A stretch of 64,000 nt of DNA. Origin: Eledone cirrhosa (taxonomy: Eukaryota). The translations under genes were made by a program, and so were the position numbers. The stretch spans positions 280,860,001-280,924,000 of the forward strand of contig OZ024742.1 of NCBI GenBank assembly GCA_964016885.1, written 5' to 3'. The notes under the pieces were generated by a model, which worked only from the letters and a program-made list of their open reading frames with translations, was not told where the DNA came from and did not search any database. Shown here one piece after another: positions 29,235 to 43,382 of the stretch (positions are counted from its first letter, which is position 1; each line of letters opens with the position of its first letter).

Positions 29235-32200
29235 TTCCTTGAATCTCAGTCATTGATGTTGGTTAACTGGAAAGTCCGTTGGAATGAATATCAAGCCACT
29301 ACCTGCAGCCTCAGATATTCAGGACGTATCGGAGGGTTCTTGCTGTTCCCAGCAAGCATGCCTTTTGAAGCGTTCCAAAAAGCGTGAAGGGACCGATTTT
29401 CTTTAACCATCCCTGGAAACTTTTGGAGATAGTCCCCAGTGCGCCTATGACAATCGGGATCACTTTGACTTCATGGCAGTTCCAAATCCTTTTCACCTCC
29501 CACTTTAGGTTCTGGTATCGGTTAATTTTCTCCCTCTCCTTCTCTTGCACACTCGTGTCGAAAGGGCAGGCCACATCCACAATCAGACACGATCTTTTTT
29601 CTTTGTCCACAACCACCAGGTCAGGTCTATTGTGTTCCAGTTTTTTGTCCGTCTGTATCCTAAAATCCCACAGCACATTCACCTGATTGTTCTCCATCAC
29701 CGCCTCTGGCCTATGCTCATACCATTTCTCAGAATGTGGTAAATTGTTTACTTTGCACAGGTGCCAGTGGATCACCCTGCCCATCACATCGTGTCTCCAG
29801 CCCTTATAGTGGATCTGGGCTAGGTGTTTACACTCGGACACAATGTGAGCCACAATCTCCTCTCTCTCTCCACAGATCCTGCACAGTGGGCTAGCCTCCT
29901 CCTTGTAAATATGGTGCTTCAACCACTTCGTTTTGAGGGCCTGCTCCTGCGCAGCCATTAGCATTCCTTCTGTAGCCTTTTTGAGGTCTCCTCTTCTACA
30001 CCAGTTACATGTCTGTGGATCTCTAAATTCAGTTTTCTCAAAGAAGGTACTACGAAGGGATTTTCCCTTAAGGCTGCTCTTCCTCCTTAATGTTATTTCC
30101 TCCTTGGACATCCCCTGGCCTACTGTCCCCTCCTTCAGTACAGTTCTGAGCATTGGCTCCTTACTATAGGTCACGTATTTGTATAGGTTGTTTTTCTCCA
30201 TCCGAACACAGTCCTCTATGCTGATAAGACCTCTTCCACCCTCAGATCTCCTTAGGTAGAATCTATCGACATCACTCCTCTTGTGGAACATGTAGATAGT
30301 CAATAGCTTCCTAGTCTTCCTATCCATTTCTTTTTGTTCAGCAACATTCCATCTCAGAATTCCCGCACTGTACCTAATAATAGACACAGCTCGGGAATTT
30401 ACTGCGCTTATGGCATTTCTGCTGTTCAGATGTGACATCAATACGCTCCTAACTCTCCGAATGTATTCAATTCTTAACAATTCCTTCATTTTTTTGTTCT
30501 TTATGCCATCAGCCTCCAGAACGCCCAAATACTTGTATCCTTCCTCAGAGTCAATTTCCTTTATCATCTCACCTGTTGATATCTGCATCCCGTTACTTCT
30601 GCTCAACGTACCCCTCCTCATCACAATGACTCCACATTTACTAATACCAAACTGCATACATATATCACTGCTGAAAATACGGACAGTGTCAACAAGCACA
30701 TCCAACTCCTTCTCACTTTTCCCGAAGAGTTTAAGATCGTCCATGAAGAGGAGGTGATTGATTGTAAGCTCTCCCTTTCCCAACTTGTATCCTGCTCTCA
30801 CTTTTCGCAGCATAATGGTCAAGGGCATCAGGGCAAGGACAAACAACAGAGGGGACAGGCTAACTCCCTGGAAGATACTTCTCTTGATCTTCACGCTTCC
30901 CAAGGATACTCCAGTTGATGTCAACTCTGTCTCCCAGGACCCCATACTCCTGCCCAGCAACTGTCTGATGTTATCTGCCACCCTGAAGATCTCCAGGCAT
31001 TTGGTGATCCAAGAATGAGGCACCATGTCAAATGCCTTTCTGAAGTCTATCCATCCCATGGCAAGATCAGTGTGTCTCCTCCTGCAATTCCCCATTACCA
31101 TCTTATCAATAAGTAACTGGTCCTTTGTACCACGTGACTTCTTTCGGCATCCTTTCTGTTCGTCCGGTAACAAGTTGTTTGTGTGGAGGTGATGGTAGAT
31201 TTCCTAAGATACAATGCTCGTCAACAGTTTCCACATTACGGACAGACATGTGATAGGTCTATAGTTGGTAACATCATTACCCTTCATTCGGTCTTTCATT
31301 ATCATAACTGTGGTACCTTTTGTCAACCACTCTGGCACCTCACTCGACACCAAGCAGTCATTGAACATGGCCGTCAGCTTCGGGTGGAGGGATGTTAAAT
31401 GTTTAATCCAATACCCCTGCACACCATCTGGGCCTGCTGATTTCCAGTTGGTTAGTTTTTTGGCCTGCCCCTTAAGAGTTTCAACTGTGATACTCAAATC
31501 AGTTTGTTGGTGTGCCTGCTCACCGAACTCCCTCTGCACTGTCTCAATCCACCCTGCCTGGACATTATGTCTAACATCCTGCTCCCATATTCCTCTCCAG
31601 AATGTTTTAGTTTGCTCCGCCCCAGGGATCAAGTCGTTGCTTCTTTCTTTCCCCTCAAGCTGTCCAAACAGCATCTTCTGGTTGTTGTCGAACATGCGGT
31701 TCTGTTTATACTGACTGACTCTGTTCTCGTATCGCCTGATTTTTGCACTCTTTGCTACAATGCGTTGCTTCAGTTCCTCTATGATAATATTTAGCTTTTT
31801 CCTCCTAGTTTTGTACTTTATTTCCAGTCTATTTTTAGTGCCTATGTTTTTTAGTGTCCCATTCAGTAGTGACTCAAGCTTTCCTATGTCATTTCTCATT
31901 TCCCCGATTTGACCACTCAGTCGTTTCTTCCACCACGGCTCTGTTCTTTCTTGTCTATTGTTTCCTCTCGCTTTTATACCAAGTAGTTTCCTCACCGTAT
32001 TTGCTGTTGCTTTGAGGATATTGTTGCACTGGTGAAGGCTCCTCGCCTCAAGGTATGGGATGACTTTGTTTACCTTAGCTGTTGTTACTTTTAACTTTTT
32101 CCTGTCTACAAATCTTAGGTTCATAGGTCTCCCACTATCATTGTTCAATTCATCTACCACTAAATTTAGGATGTCAACCGAATCTTGTCCTAGCCCGTCA

Positions 32201-33763
32201 GCATTTATCTCCTCAGTGGCCGTATCTCTGTTCCAGGTATTATTTATCTCAGTATTCAGATCATTGTCTGCTTCGGGTGGTTCCTCCGTTCTCAGGACCT
32301 CTTCACCTTCATTTCCTACTGGCTCGCTTGTCTGGCATACTACACCCGCCATCTCCAAGCCATTCTCTCTGCTCAGTTCCTCCAGTTCCAGCTCGCTTAT
32401 CCACCCATTAGTTCTTATTACCCGAGCCTGCCCGGCCAATTTTTGTTCATCTAATTTAAATAGACCAATCTCGTTCCAGATGTTATGCATCCGTCTCCTG
32501 TAGCCCCTCTCCTTGGGGTTACTTTTCAGGTAACATTGCATAACAGTTCTATTCAATTCTTTCGTCCAGTTGGTTCTGGCCCCTTTCCTTCTTCTTCTTC
32601 CTCCAACATCAGCAGTATTTGGTTGACAGTCAGGTTCCTGCTGCTGAGCCAGGGGGCACCTGTTGGGTGAGAGTCTGTCACATGACGTTCTATTCTCCAT
32701 TTCACCGTTATTCGAACTGTTTATGTTCGATATTTAAACACTCTTATCGAGGATTGGCGAATGTATGGTTACATAGCCATCTGTGGATTCGCCGTTCCAC
32801 TTGGCCCTTGTGTGGCATTATCACCACGCTATATACGAACACACATAAACAAACAAACACACAGGCAGAAAGGGCCCCAAAAATGAATAAGCATAAGTTT
32901 CATTGTAATGTAGTGTTCGAATGTCTGACTTAGTTTTTGTTTTTTTAGTTTTAGTTTTTCCCCCCTCTTCTCTGTCCGTCCACCTGCTTCTCTCTTCATT
33001 CTTATTTTCTTTACGTTTTTTGTTTTTTTTGTTTTTGTTTTTCTCTGTTTGTTTTTCTCGTTTGTTGATGTTGTTGCTGTGCTGCTTTGGTTTTGTTGTT
33101 TGTTTTTTCTTTTTTCTTTTGAGTCTATCTATATATTTTGATGCCTTCCTCTTTTTTAGTAGTAGGAATTCTATAATGTGGTGGCAGCAGCCATCTAAGT
33201 GAGGTGGGTAACTGGCGGCGGTAGCGATACTGAGACAGTGGTGGTGGGGATGTCGATACCGAGGCAGTGGTGGTCAGTGAAGGAGTGAAGAGTGGTGGCG
33301 GCGGTGATGGGATAGTGGTGGTAATGATGGCAGTAGTGAGCGGTGGTGGTGAAATTGCCGTTATCTGGCTGTTGTGTTTAGTGTACACAGGTGATGAGGT
33401 GGGTGGTGTATCTAGTTTCTGGTGTTGGTGAGTTTGGCTGTTTTATATAGTGTATCTAGTTTCTGGTGTTGGTGAGTTTGGCTGTTCTATATAGTGTAGA
33501 CAGAGGAGAGGGGGGGGGGGTTATTCTTCCATTTATAGCCATTTTCTTTTTTGGATATACAGTGTACAATACAAAGTTGAATATTTGAATATTTGAGCCT
33601 TATAACAATATATTTTGGGTCCGAATTTTTTGGGGCTCAAGCCGGGTGCTTTACGTAGCATTTGTACTAAGAGTTGTTATTTCACAAATGATTTAAATAT
33701 GTTAAAAATTCAAAACTTACGGGAGCGATTTCATGACCTCCGCCACCTCGTGCGTCCTCTTCC
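29235..33763 (-). mobile_element. Full-length R4/Dong-type retrotransposon, family A copy 1
   Basis: ~1-kb 5' UTR, single ORF, short 3' UTR, TAA repeats at both ends. Confidence 0.93.
29311..32700 (-). pseudogene. RT-REL polyprotein (~1130 aa) with one premature stop at 31204-31206
   Basis: [48 protein letters not shown] (CCHC), [23 protein letters not shown]; the codon is GAG in copy 2 and TAG here. Confidence 0.92.
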
Positions 33764-33821
<58 letters not shown>

Positions 33822-33822
<1 letters not shown>

Positions 33823-34363
33823 AGTTGCATTTATCTTGCTTTATGTTCATACGAGTTATCACCAAGTCACAACCAGTGACATCAAGAGACAACAAGGTCC
33901 GCCATGTTCAAGAAAGAACATACATACACACACATGTATTTTAGGTGTTTAGACCTGTGATGTACTTGTATTGACAGAATCTTCCTTAGTATATGGGCAG
34001 TTCCCATTAGTACTATCTTTTGTATTTCTCCTATAGGCGGATTTCTTCGGATTTGCGATAAGTAATCATTAGACACCTTAGGTATCATTATAGAGCGCCT
34101 ACAGCCACTGGTATTGTTTTAGTTCTCAATTTCCACCTTTTTTATCAATTTCTATCTCCAGGTCCTTATACTTGCTCATTTTTCAAATGTTTTTATACAT
34201 AGATTCTTGTCTATTGGAACGGACATATCAATTAGCAGGCATAGCCTTTTTTAAAAGTCCTTCAGTATTATATCAGGTCTATTTGCATCTATTTTTCGGT
34301 CTGTTTGGATGCTAAAGTTCCACAAGATTGAGATGTGATCTTTTTCAAGTATGGGAGGTGGTT
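33822..34363 (-). mobile_element. 5'-truncated family B copy (REL end + 3' UTR) between TAA runs
   Basis: Homologous to 24048-24590. Confidence 0.9.
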
Positions 34364-34464
34364 ATTATTATTATTATTATTATTATTATTCCTTGAATCT
34401 CAGTCATTGATGTTGGTTAACTGGAAAGTCCGTTGGATTGAATATCAAGCCACTACCTGCAGCC

Positions 34465-37400
34465 TCAGATATTCAGGACGTATCGGAGGGTTCTTGCCGT
34501 TCCAAGCAAGCATGCCTTTTGAAGCGTTCCAAAAAGCGTGAAGGGGCCGATGTTCTTTAACCATCCCTGGAAACCTTTGGAGATAGTCCCCAGTGCGCCT
34601 ATGACAATCGGGATCACTTTGACTTCATGGCAGTTCCAAATCCTTTTCACCTCCCACTTTAGGTCCTGGTATCGGTTAATTTTCTCCCTCTCCTTCTCTT
34701 GCACTCTCGTGTCGAATGGGCAGGCCACATCCACAATCAGGCACGATCTTTTTTCTTTGTCCACAACCACCAGGTCAGGTCTATTGTGTTCCAGTTTTTT
34801 GTCCGTCTGTATCCTAAAATCCCACAGCACCTTCACCTGACTGTTCTCCATCACCGCCTCTGGCCTATGCTCATACCATTTCTCAGAATGTGGTAGATTG
34901 TTTACTTTGCACAGGTGCCAGTGGATCACCCTGCCCATCACATCGTGTCTCCAGCCCTTATAGTGGGTCTGGGCTAGGTGTTTACACTCGGACACAATGT
35001 GAGCCACAGTCTCCTCTCTCTCTCCACAGATCCTGCACAGTGGGCTAGCCTCCTCCTTGTAGATATGGTGCTTCAACCACTTCGTTTTGAGGGCCTGCTC
35101 CTGCGCAGCCATTAGCATTCCTTCTGTAGCCTTTTTGAGGTCTCCTCTTCTCAACCAGTTCCATGTCTGTGGATCTCTAAATTCAGTTTTCTCAAAGAAG
35201 GTACTATGAAGGGATTTTCCCTTAAGGCTGCTCTTCCTCCTTGATGTTATTTCCTCCTTGGATATCCCCTGGCCTACTGTCCCCTCCTTCAGTACAGCTC
35301 TGAGCATTGGCTCCTTACTATAGGTCACGTATTTGTATAGGTTGTTTTTCTCCATCTGAACACAGTCCTCTATGCTGATAAGACCTCTTCCACCCTCAGA
35401 TCTCCTTAGGTAGAGTCTATCGACATCACTCCTCTTGTGGAACATGTTGTAGATAGTCAATAGCTTCCTAGTCTTCCTATCCATTTCTTTTTGTTCAGCA
35501 ACATTCCATCTCAGAATTCCCGCACTGTACCTAATAATAGACACAGCTCGGGAATTTACTGCGCTTATGGCATTTCTGCTGTTCAGATGTGACTTCAATA
35601 CGCTCCTTACTCTCCGAATGTATTCAGTTCTTAACAATTCCTTCATTTTTTGGTTCTTTATGCCGTCAGCCTCCAGAACGCCCAAATACTTGTATCCTTC
35701 CTCAGAGTCAATTTCCTTTATCATCTCACCTGTTGGTATCTGGATCCCGTTACTTCTGCTCAACCTACCCTCCTCATCACAATGACTCCACATTTACCAA
35801 TACCAAACTGCATACATATATCACTGCTGAAAATACGGACAGTGTCAACAAGCACATCCAACTCCTTCTCACTTTTCCCGAAGAGCTTAAGATCGTCCAT
35901 GAAGAGGAGGTGATTGATGGTAAGCTCTCCCCTTCCCAACTTGTATCCTGCTCTCACTTTACGCAGCATAATGGTCAAGGGCATCAGGGCAAGGACAAAC
36001 AACAGAGGGGACAGGCTATCTCCCTGGAAGATACCTCTCTTGATCTTCACGCTTCCCAAGGATACTCCAGTTGATGTCAACTCTGTCTCCCAGGACCCCA
36101 TACTCCTGCCCAGCAACTGTCTGATGTTATCTGCCACCCTGAAGATCTCCAGGCTTTTGGTGATCCAGGAATGAGGCACCATGTCAAATGCCTTTCTGTA
36201 GTCTATCCATCCCATGGCAAGATCAGTGTGTCTCCTCCTGCAATTCCCCATTACCATCTTATCAATAAGCAACTGGTCCTTTGTACCACGTGACTTCTTT
36301 CGGCATCCTTTCTGTTCGTCCGGCAACAAGTTGTTTGTGTGGAGGTGATGGTAGATTTCCTCAGACACAATGCTCGTCAACAGTTTCCACATTACGGGCA
36401 GACATGTGATAGGTCTATAGTTGGTAACATCATTACCCTTGATTCGGTCTTTCATTATCAGAACTGTGGTACCTTTTGTCAACCACTCTGGCACCTCACC
36501 CGACACCAAGCAGTCATTGAACATGGCCGTCAGCTTCGGGTGGAGGGATGTTAAATGTTTAATCCAATACCCCTGCACACCATCTGGGCCTGGTGATTTC
36601 CAGTTGGTTAGTTTTTTGGCTTGCCCCTTAAGAGTTTCAACTGTGATACTCAAATCAGTCTGTTGCTGTGCCTGCTCACCGATCTCCCTCTGTACTGTCT
36701 CAATCCACCCTGCCTGGGCATTGTGTCTAACATCCTGCTCCCATATTCCTCTCCAGAATGTTTTAGCTTGTTCCGCCCCAGGGATCAAGTCGTTGCCTCT
36801 TTCTTTCCCCTCAAGCTGTCCAAACAGCATCTTCTGGTTGTTGTCGAACATGCGGTTCTGTTTATACTGACTGACTCTGTTCTCGTATCGCCTGATTTTG
36901 GCACTCTTTGCTACAATGCGTTGCTTCAATTCCTCTATGATAATATTTAGCTTTTTACTCCTAGTTTTGTATTTTATTTCCAGTCTATTTTTAGTGCCTA
37001 TGTTTTTTAGTGTCCCATTCAGTAGTGACTCAAGCTTTCCTATGTCATTTCTCATTTCCTCGATTTGCCCACTCAGTCGCTTCTTCCACCACGGCTCTGC
37101 TCTTTCTTGTCTGTTGTTTCCTCTCGCTTTTATACCAAGTAGTTTCCTCACCGTATTTGCTGTTGCTTTGAGGATATTGTTGCACTGGTGAAGACTCCTC
37201 GCCTCAAGGTATGGGATGACTTTGTTTACCTTAGCTGTTGTTTCTTTTAACTTTTTCCTGTCTACAAATCTTAGGTTCATAGGTCTCCCACTATCATTGT
37301 TCAACTCATCTACCACTAAATTTAGGATGTCAACCGAATCTTGTCCTAGCCCGTCAGCATTCATCTCCTCAGTGGCCGTATCTCTGTTCCAGGTATTATT

Positions 37401-37856
37401 TATCTCAGTATTCAGATCATTGTCTGCTTCGGGTGGTTCCTCCGTTCTCAGGACCTCCTCACCTTCATTTCCCGCCGGCTCGCTTGTCTGGCATACTACA
37501 CCCGCCATCTCCAAGCCATTCTCTCTGCTCAGTTCCTCCAGTTCCAGCTCGCTTATCCACCCATTAGTTCTTATTACCCGAGCCTGCCCGGCCAATTTTT
37601 GTTCATCTAATTTAAATAAACCAATCTCGTTCCAGATGTTATGCATCCGTCTCCTGTAGCCCCTCTCCTTGGGGTTACTTTTCAGGTAGCATTGCATAAC
37701 AGTTCTATTCAATTCTTTCGTCCAGTTGGTTCTGGCCCCTTTCCTTCTTCTTCTTCCTCCAACATCAGCAGTATTTGGTTGACAGTCAGGCTCCTGCTGC
37801 TGAGCCAGGGGGCACCTGTTGGGTGAGAGTCTGTCACATGACGTTCTAGTCTCCAT
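34465..37856 (-). pseudogene. RT-REL polyprotein with a single frameshift near 35770
   Basis: ORFs 35760-37856 and 34465-35793 overlap; 1-nt loss relative to copy 1 (AACGTACCCCTCC vs AACCTACCCTCC). Confidence 0.92.
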
Positions 37857-38415
37857 TTCACCGTTATTCGAACTGTTTATGTTCGATATTTAAACACTCT
37901 TATCGAGGATTGGCGAATGTATGTTTACATAGCCATCTGTGGATCCGCCATCCCACTTGGCCCTTGTGTGGCATTATCACCACGCTGTATACGGACACAC
38001 ATAAACAAACAAACACACGGGCAGAAAGGGCCCCAAAAATGAATAAGCATAAGTTTCATTGTAATGTAGTATTCGAATGTCTGACTTAGTTTTTGTTTTT
38101 TAAGTTTTACTTTTTCCCCCCTCTTCTCTGTCCGTCCGCCTGCTTCTCTCTTCATTCTTATTTTCTTTACGTTTTGGGGGTGTCTTTTTTTGTTTTTGTT
38201 TTTCTCGTTTTTTGCTGTTGTTGCTGTGCTGCTTTTGTTGTTTGTTTTTTCTTTTTTCTTTTGAGTCTATCTATATATTTTGATGCCTTCCTCTTTGTTA
38301 GTAGTAGGAATTCTATAATGTGGAAGTGGCAGCCAGCAGAGACTGGCGGCGTTGGTGATACTGAGACAGTGGTGGTGGTGATGTCGATACCGAGGCAGTG
38401 GTGGCGGTGATGCGA

Positions 38416-39386
38416 CCGTATTACTGTAGTGATGGTGCTGTAGCGGTGGCAGCAGCAGTGAAGGAGTCAAGGGGTGGTGGCGGCGGTGATGGGATAGTGG
38501 TGGTAATGATGGCCGTAGTGAGCGGTGGCGGTGAAGGTGAAAATGCTGTTGTGTTTAGTGTACACAGATGATGGGGTGGGTGGTGTATCTAGTTTCTGGT
38601 GTTGGTGAGTTTCGCTGTCCTATATAGTGTAGCCAGAGGAGAGGATGGGGGGGGGGTCTTCTTCTTCCATTTATAGCCATTTTATTTTTTTTGGATATAC
38701 AGTGTACAATACAAAGTTGAATATTTGAATATTTGAGCCGTATTACTGTAGTGATGGTGCTGTAGCGGTGGCAGCAGCAGTGAAGGAGTCAAGGGGTGGT
38801 GGCGGCGGTGATGGGATAGTGGTGGTAATGATGGCCGTAGTGAGCGGTGGCGGTGAAGGTGAAAATGCTGTTGTGTTTAGTGTACACAGATGATGGGGTG
38901 GGTGGTGTATCTAGTTTCTGGTGTTGGTGAGTTTCGCTGTCCTATATAGTGTAGCCAGAGGAGAGGATGGGGGGGGGGGGTTCTTCTTCTTCCATTTATA
39001 GCCATTTTATTTTTTTTGGATATACAGTGTACAATACAAAGTTGAATATTTGAATATTTGAGCCGTATTACTGTAGTGATGGTGCTGTAGCGGTGGCAGC
39101 AGCAGTGAAGGAGTCAAGGGGTGGTGGCGGCGGTGATGGGATAGTGGTGGTAATGATGGCCGTAGTGAGCGGTGGCCGTGAAGGTGAAAATGCTGTTGTG
39201 TTTAGTGTACACAGATGATGGGGTGGGTGGTGTATCTAGTTTCTGGTGTTGGTGAGTTTAGCTGTCCTATATAGTGTAGCCAGAGGAGAGGAGGGGGGGG
39301 GGGTTCTTCTTCTTCCATTTATAGCCATTTTTTTTTTTTGGATATACAGTGTACAATACAAAGTTGAATATTTGAATATTTGAGCC
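38416..39386. repeat. Three tandem ~323-bp units in the 5' UTR of copy 2
   Basis: CCGTATTACTGTAGTGATGG at 38416, 38738 and 39063. Confidence 0.92.
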
Positions 39387-39552
39387 TTATAACAATATAT
39401 TTTGGGTCCGAATTTTTTTGGGGCTCAAGCCGGGTGCTTTACGTAGCATTTGTACTAAGAGTTGTTATTTCACAAATGATTTAAATATGTTAAAAATTCA
39501 AAACTTACGGGAGCGATTTCATGACCTCCGTCACCTCGTGCGTCTTCTTCCC

Positions 39553-39599
<47 letters not shown>

Positions 39600-40971
39600 G
39601 TTCTTTGAGTCTCAGTCATTGATGTTAGTTAACTGGAATGTTTGTTGAAATGAATATCAAGCCACTACCTGCAGTCTCAGATATTGATGACGTATCGGAG
39701 GGTTCTTGCTGTTCCCAGCAAGCCTGCCTTTTGAAGTGTTCCAAAAAGCGGGGCGGGGCCAATTTTCTTTAACAATCCTTGGAAATTATTTGAGATAGTA
39801 CCTAGTGCGCCTATGACTATCGAGAACACTTTGACTTCATGGCCGTTCCAAATCCATTTTACCTCCCACTTTAATTCCTGGTATCGGTTAATTTTCTCCC
39901 TCTCCTTCTCTTGCACTCTCGGGTCGAATGGGCAGGCCACATCAACAATCAGGCACAATATTTTTCCTTGACCAAAACCACCAGGTCAGGTATATTGTGT
40001 TTCAGTTTCTTGTCCGTCTATATCCTAAAATCCCACAGCACCTTCACCTGATCGTTTTCTGTCACCGACTCTGGCTTATGCTCATACCACATCTCAGAAT
40101 GTGGTAAATGGTTTACTTTGCATAGGTGCCAGGGGATCACCCTGCACATCACATCATGTCTCCAGCCCTTATAGTGAGTCTGGGCTAGGTGTTTACACTC
40201 GGATACAATGTGAGCCACAGTCTCCTCCCTCTATCCATAGATCCTGCACAGTGGGCTCGCCTACTCCTTGTAAATATGGTGTTTCAACCACTTCGTTTTG
40301 AGGACCTGCTCTTGCGCAGCCATTAGCATTCCTTCTGTAGCCTTTTTGAGGTCTCTTCTTTTCAACCAGTTCAATGTCTGTGGACCCCTGAATTCAGTTT
40401 TCTCAAAGAAGGTACTATGAAGGGATTTTTCATAAAGGCTGCTCTTTCTCCTTGTTGTTATTTCCTCCTTGGCCATCCCCTGGTCTATTGTCCTCACCTT
40501 CAGTACATTCTGAGCATTGGCTCCTTACTATCAGTCACGTATTTGTGTAGGTTGTTTTTCTCCATCTGAACACAGTCCTCTATGCTGATATTACATATCC
40601 CACCTTCAGATCTCCTTAAGCAGAGTCTATCGACATCACTCCTCTTGTGGAACATGTTGTAGATAGTCAATAGCTTCCTAGTCTTCCTATCCATTTCTTT
40701 TTGTTCAGCAACATTCCATCTCAGAATTCCCGCACTGTACCTAATAATAGACACAGCTCGGGAATTCGCTGTACTTATGACATTCCTATTATTTAGATGT
40801 GATTTTAATACACTCCTAACTCTCCCTATGTACTCAGATCTTATCAATTCCTTAATTTTATTTTTTTTGTTCTTGATGTCATCTGCGTCCAGAACACCTA
40901 TGTAATTGTATCCTTCTTCAGTGTCAATTTGCTTTATCATCTCACCTGTTGGTACCTGAATTCCGTTGCTT
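39600..40971 (-). mobile_element. Older 5'-truncated family A' copy (RT end + REL), decayed
   Basis: ORF pieces 39677-40940 homologous to the family A C-terminus; TAA at both ends. Confidence 0.9.
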
Positions 40972-40989
40972 ATTATTATTATTATTATT

Positions 40990-41090
40990 TTTTTTTTTTA
41001 CACGCAGAAATGCCCATTTGTACCGTCCTGTATTATCATGTACTGTCCTTAATGTCTACTTTGTGTAAACCCTTGTGGTTAATAAAGAAA

Positions 41091-41091
<1 letters not shown>
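40990..41091 (+). mobile_element. Isolated 3' end of a Tx1-type relative
   Basis: TTTACACGCA..GTACCGTCCTGT..CCCTTGTGG..AATAAAGAAA.C(ATT)n, as at 46948-47034. Confidence 0.8.
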
Positions 41092-41142
<51 letters not shown>

Positions 41143-41355
41143 GGTTGATGAAGCCACGCTTCTTATCGCCTCCAGTCTTTTTCAACGTTTTACCTCTTTT
41201 TCAACCGTTCTAGACCTTTTATCATGTTTTAAATTTGATAAAAGTTTAGAAGAAGTGACCCACCTAATACAGGGGTTCACTAGTAAATAATACGGCACCC
41301 CTTTACGGGGTGTCGTATTCGTATTTGTGTAAAAAATCTTTTGAAAAATTTCAAC

Positions 41356-43274
41356 ATGGATAACACAAAAAAGAGAGAGAGCGCTGTCAGACAAAACAGA
41401 GAGAGGGAGACTTTATCAGCATGTCAACAAGACAGCGTTCCAGCGGAGGTAAATATAAACGAAAATATTACAAAGGAAAAAAAGATTGTTACAGATTTAA
41501 AATTAACAAATATTTCTAACACAAACAACACCAACAATAATACCAACAACATCACCAACAACAACACCAAAAATAACAGCGATAAAGTTGAGAACGACAA
41601 TAACAAAAATAACAGCGGTAAGGTCGAGAACGACAATAACAATGACAATAACAACAGCCACAACAACAATAATAGTAGGAACAGTATCAACAAAAACAAC
41701 AATAATAACAACAGCCAAAATAACAGTAACAACAGCAACAGTATCAACGAAAACAACACCAACAACTGTACCAGCGAAAAGAACAACAATGACACCGATA
41801 CCTGTAATAGCGACCTCAGCACCACCAGTAAGACCAGTAACGGCAGCAATAGTGGTGCTGCTGAAAAAGGGACCACTTCCTTTGCAGGTGTCGCCCGAAA
41901 TATCGAGACAGTGTTAGTCACAGAGGAGGAGATGGCAGTCGCAAGGGCCATGGTGACAAGAAGCGCAAATAGAGTTTCCCTGAAACCTCCACCCGATTTT
42001 TTCAAGGACCAGCAGCTACGAACGGTGACTTACCGCACCGTAAGCAAAATCTCACATCGAGTGGAGAGAGCCACGGAGGCTCAAATCCAAAAGGCCTTGG
42101 GGTGCGTCTGGGCACGCAAAACCCACATCACCCGAGGCAGAAAGTACGCCACAGTAGACGTACTTTTCGCCACCTCCAGGAAGCAAAGTCTCACTCTTTG
42201 GAAACCCTAAAGAGTGAGGAGTTAGTCTTGGTGCCCTCCTACTGCGGGCAGAAAATTGTGAGGGTCAAAGTGACCCAGGTCCCACCCGACGTGCCCATAC
42301 CTTGGCTGGCTACGTCTGTCCTTGCTGGAATTGAGAACAGGGCGACCATGCTGCAAGTAGAAAAAATAGGGAGAGAGAACTGGTCAGGTATAGGCATGCA
42401 AATGCTTATACAAACTGACCAGGAATGTATCGAGGCTATCCCCGATATCATAGACTTTGAGGAAGGACTCCAACTCCCTATAAGTGTAGAAGGAAGACGG
42501 CCAAAATGTTATCTCTGTGGGTCGAAAGGTCACCTCAGGGCCTTTTGCCCGAAGAAGACACCGAAGAGGGCCCCTCTCCTTCCAATACCTGGTCCGCTGC
42601 TACCAAGAGCAGGACAGGCAACAAACGAAGAAGCCCCTTCCACGGTGAGTAGGAGGGCAACGTCCGTAGCACCCGTACCAAGGCCACGGATAACTAAAGC
42701 AGCATCATCAGTAGCGCCAACACCATTAGCTATATTTGAAATAGCTACACCAGCAACAACATTGCCGAAGAGGGCTCCACTACCACCACCAACATCCGTG
42801 GAGCACATACGCCTCCCAGACGCCACAGAATCCGACATGGAGTTTGAGGCGGGAGTGACGTGGCAAACAGTCTGCCACAAAAAACAAAAAAAACCTTAGA
42901 TTCACCCTCCAAAAGCGAAGGCATACAAAGAGGGGTAAAGGCAGCAAGGAAACTTGCAGCAACACCACCACAAACACCAACAACGCAAACACAACAAGAC
43001 ACACACACCAAACAGCAACAAGAAGAAAACGGCAACAAAATCACCGACCCTCAAAAAATACACAGCCATAAACATAGCAAAAAAAGAACTCATAAAATAT
43101 ATAAAGCAGCACACAGATATCACGGAAAAAAATTACTACACCAACACCAAGAACTCTCTCATCAAACATAAGCATCATCGAAATCTCATTAGAACAATAC
43201 AAACCTTTAAAACAAAAATTCCCCAACGCAGTTGGAGACTTCAGAGGGACGGTTACCAAGAGGATATACACTGA
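41356..43274 (+). pseudogene. ORF1 gag-like protein (Asn-rich N-terminus, CCHC knuckle), frameshifted
   Basis: CYLCGSKGHLRAFC; frameshifts near 42180 and 42890; end uncertain. Confidence 0.75.
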
Positions 43275-43382
43275 CATCTTCTTGGAAACACCCATGACCA
43301 GCGAAAGGGACGGTTCTACTGTCCCTTCACCACACGAACAAGGTAAGTGACCCTTTCTCATTTGCCCCATTTCTCATCCAAC

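Larger units (their letters stand above)
34389..39552 (-). mobile_element. Full-length R4/Dong-type retrotransposon, family A copy 2
   Basis: Highly similar to copy 1; flanked by TAA runs. Confidence 0.93.

Noticed and set aside
32701-32790. HDV-like ribozyme before the family A ATG (TCCTCG loop, TTCGCC/GGTGAA pairing)
   Set aside because: No convincing P1, P3 or P1.1, and no catalytic C in J4/2
29384-37826. Plus-strand ORFs overlapping the LINE ORFs
   Set aside because: Antisense shadows of the coding strand with no recognisable motifs
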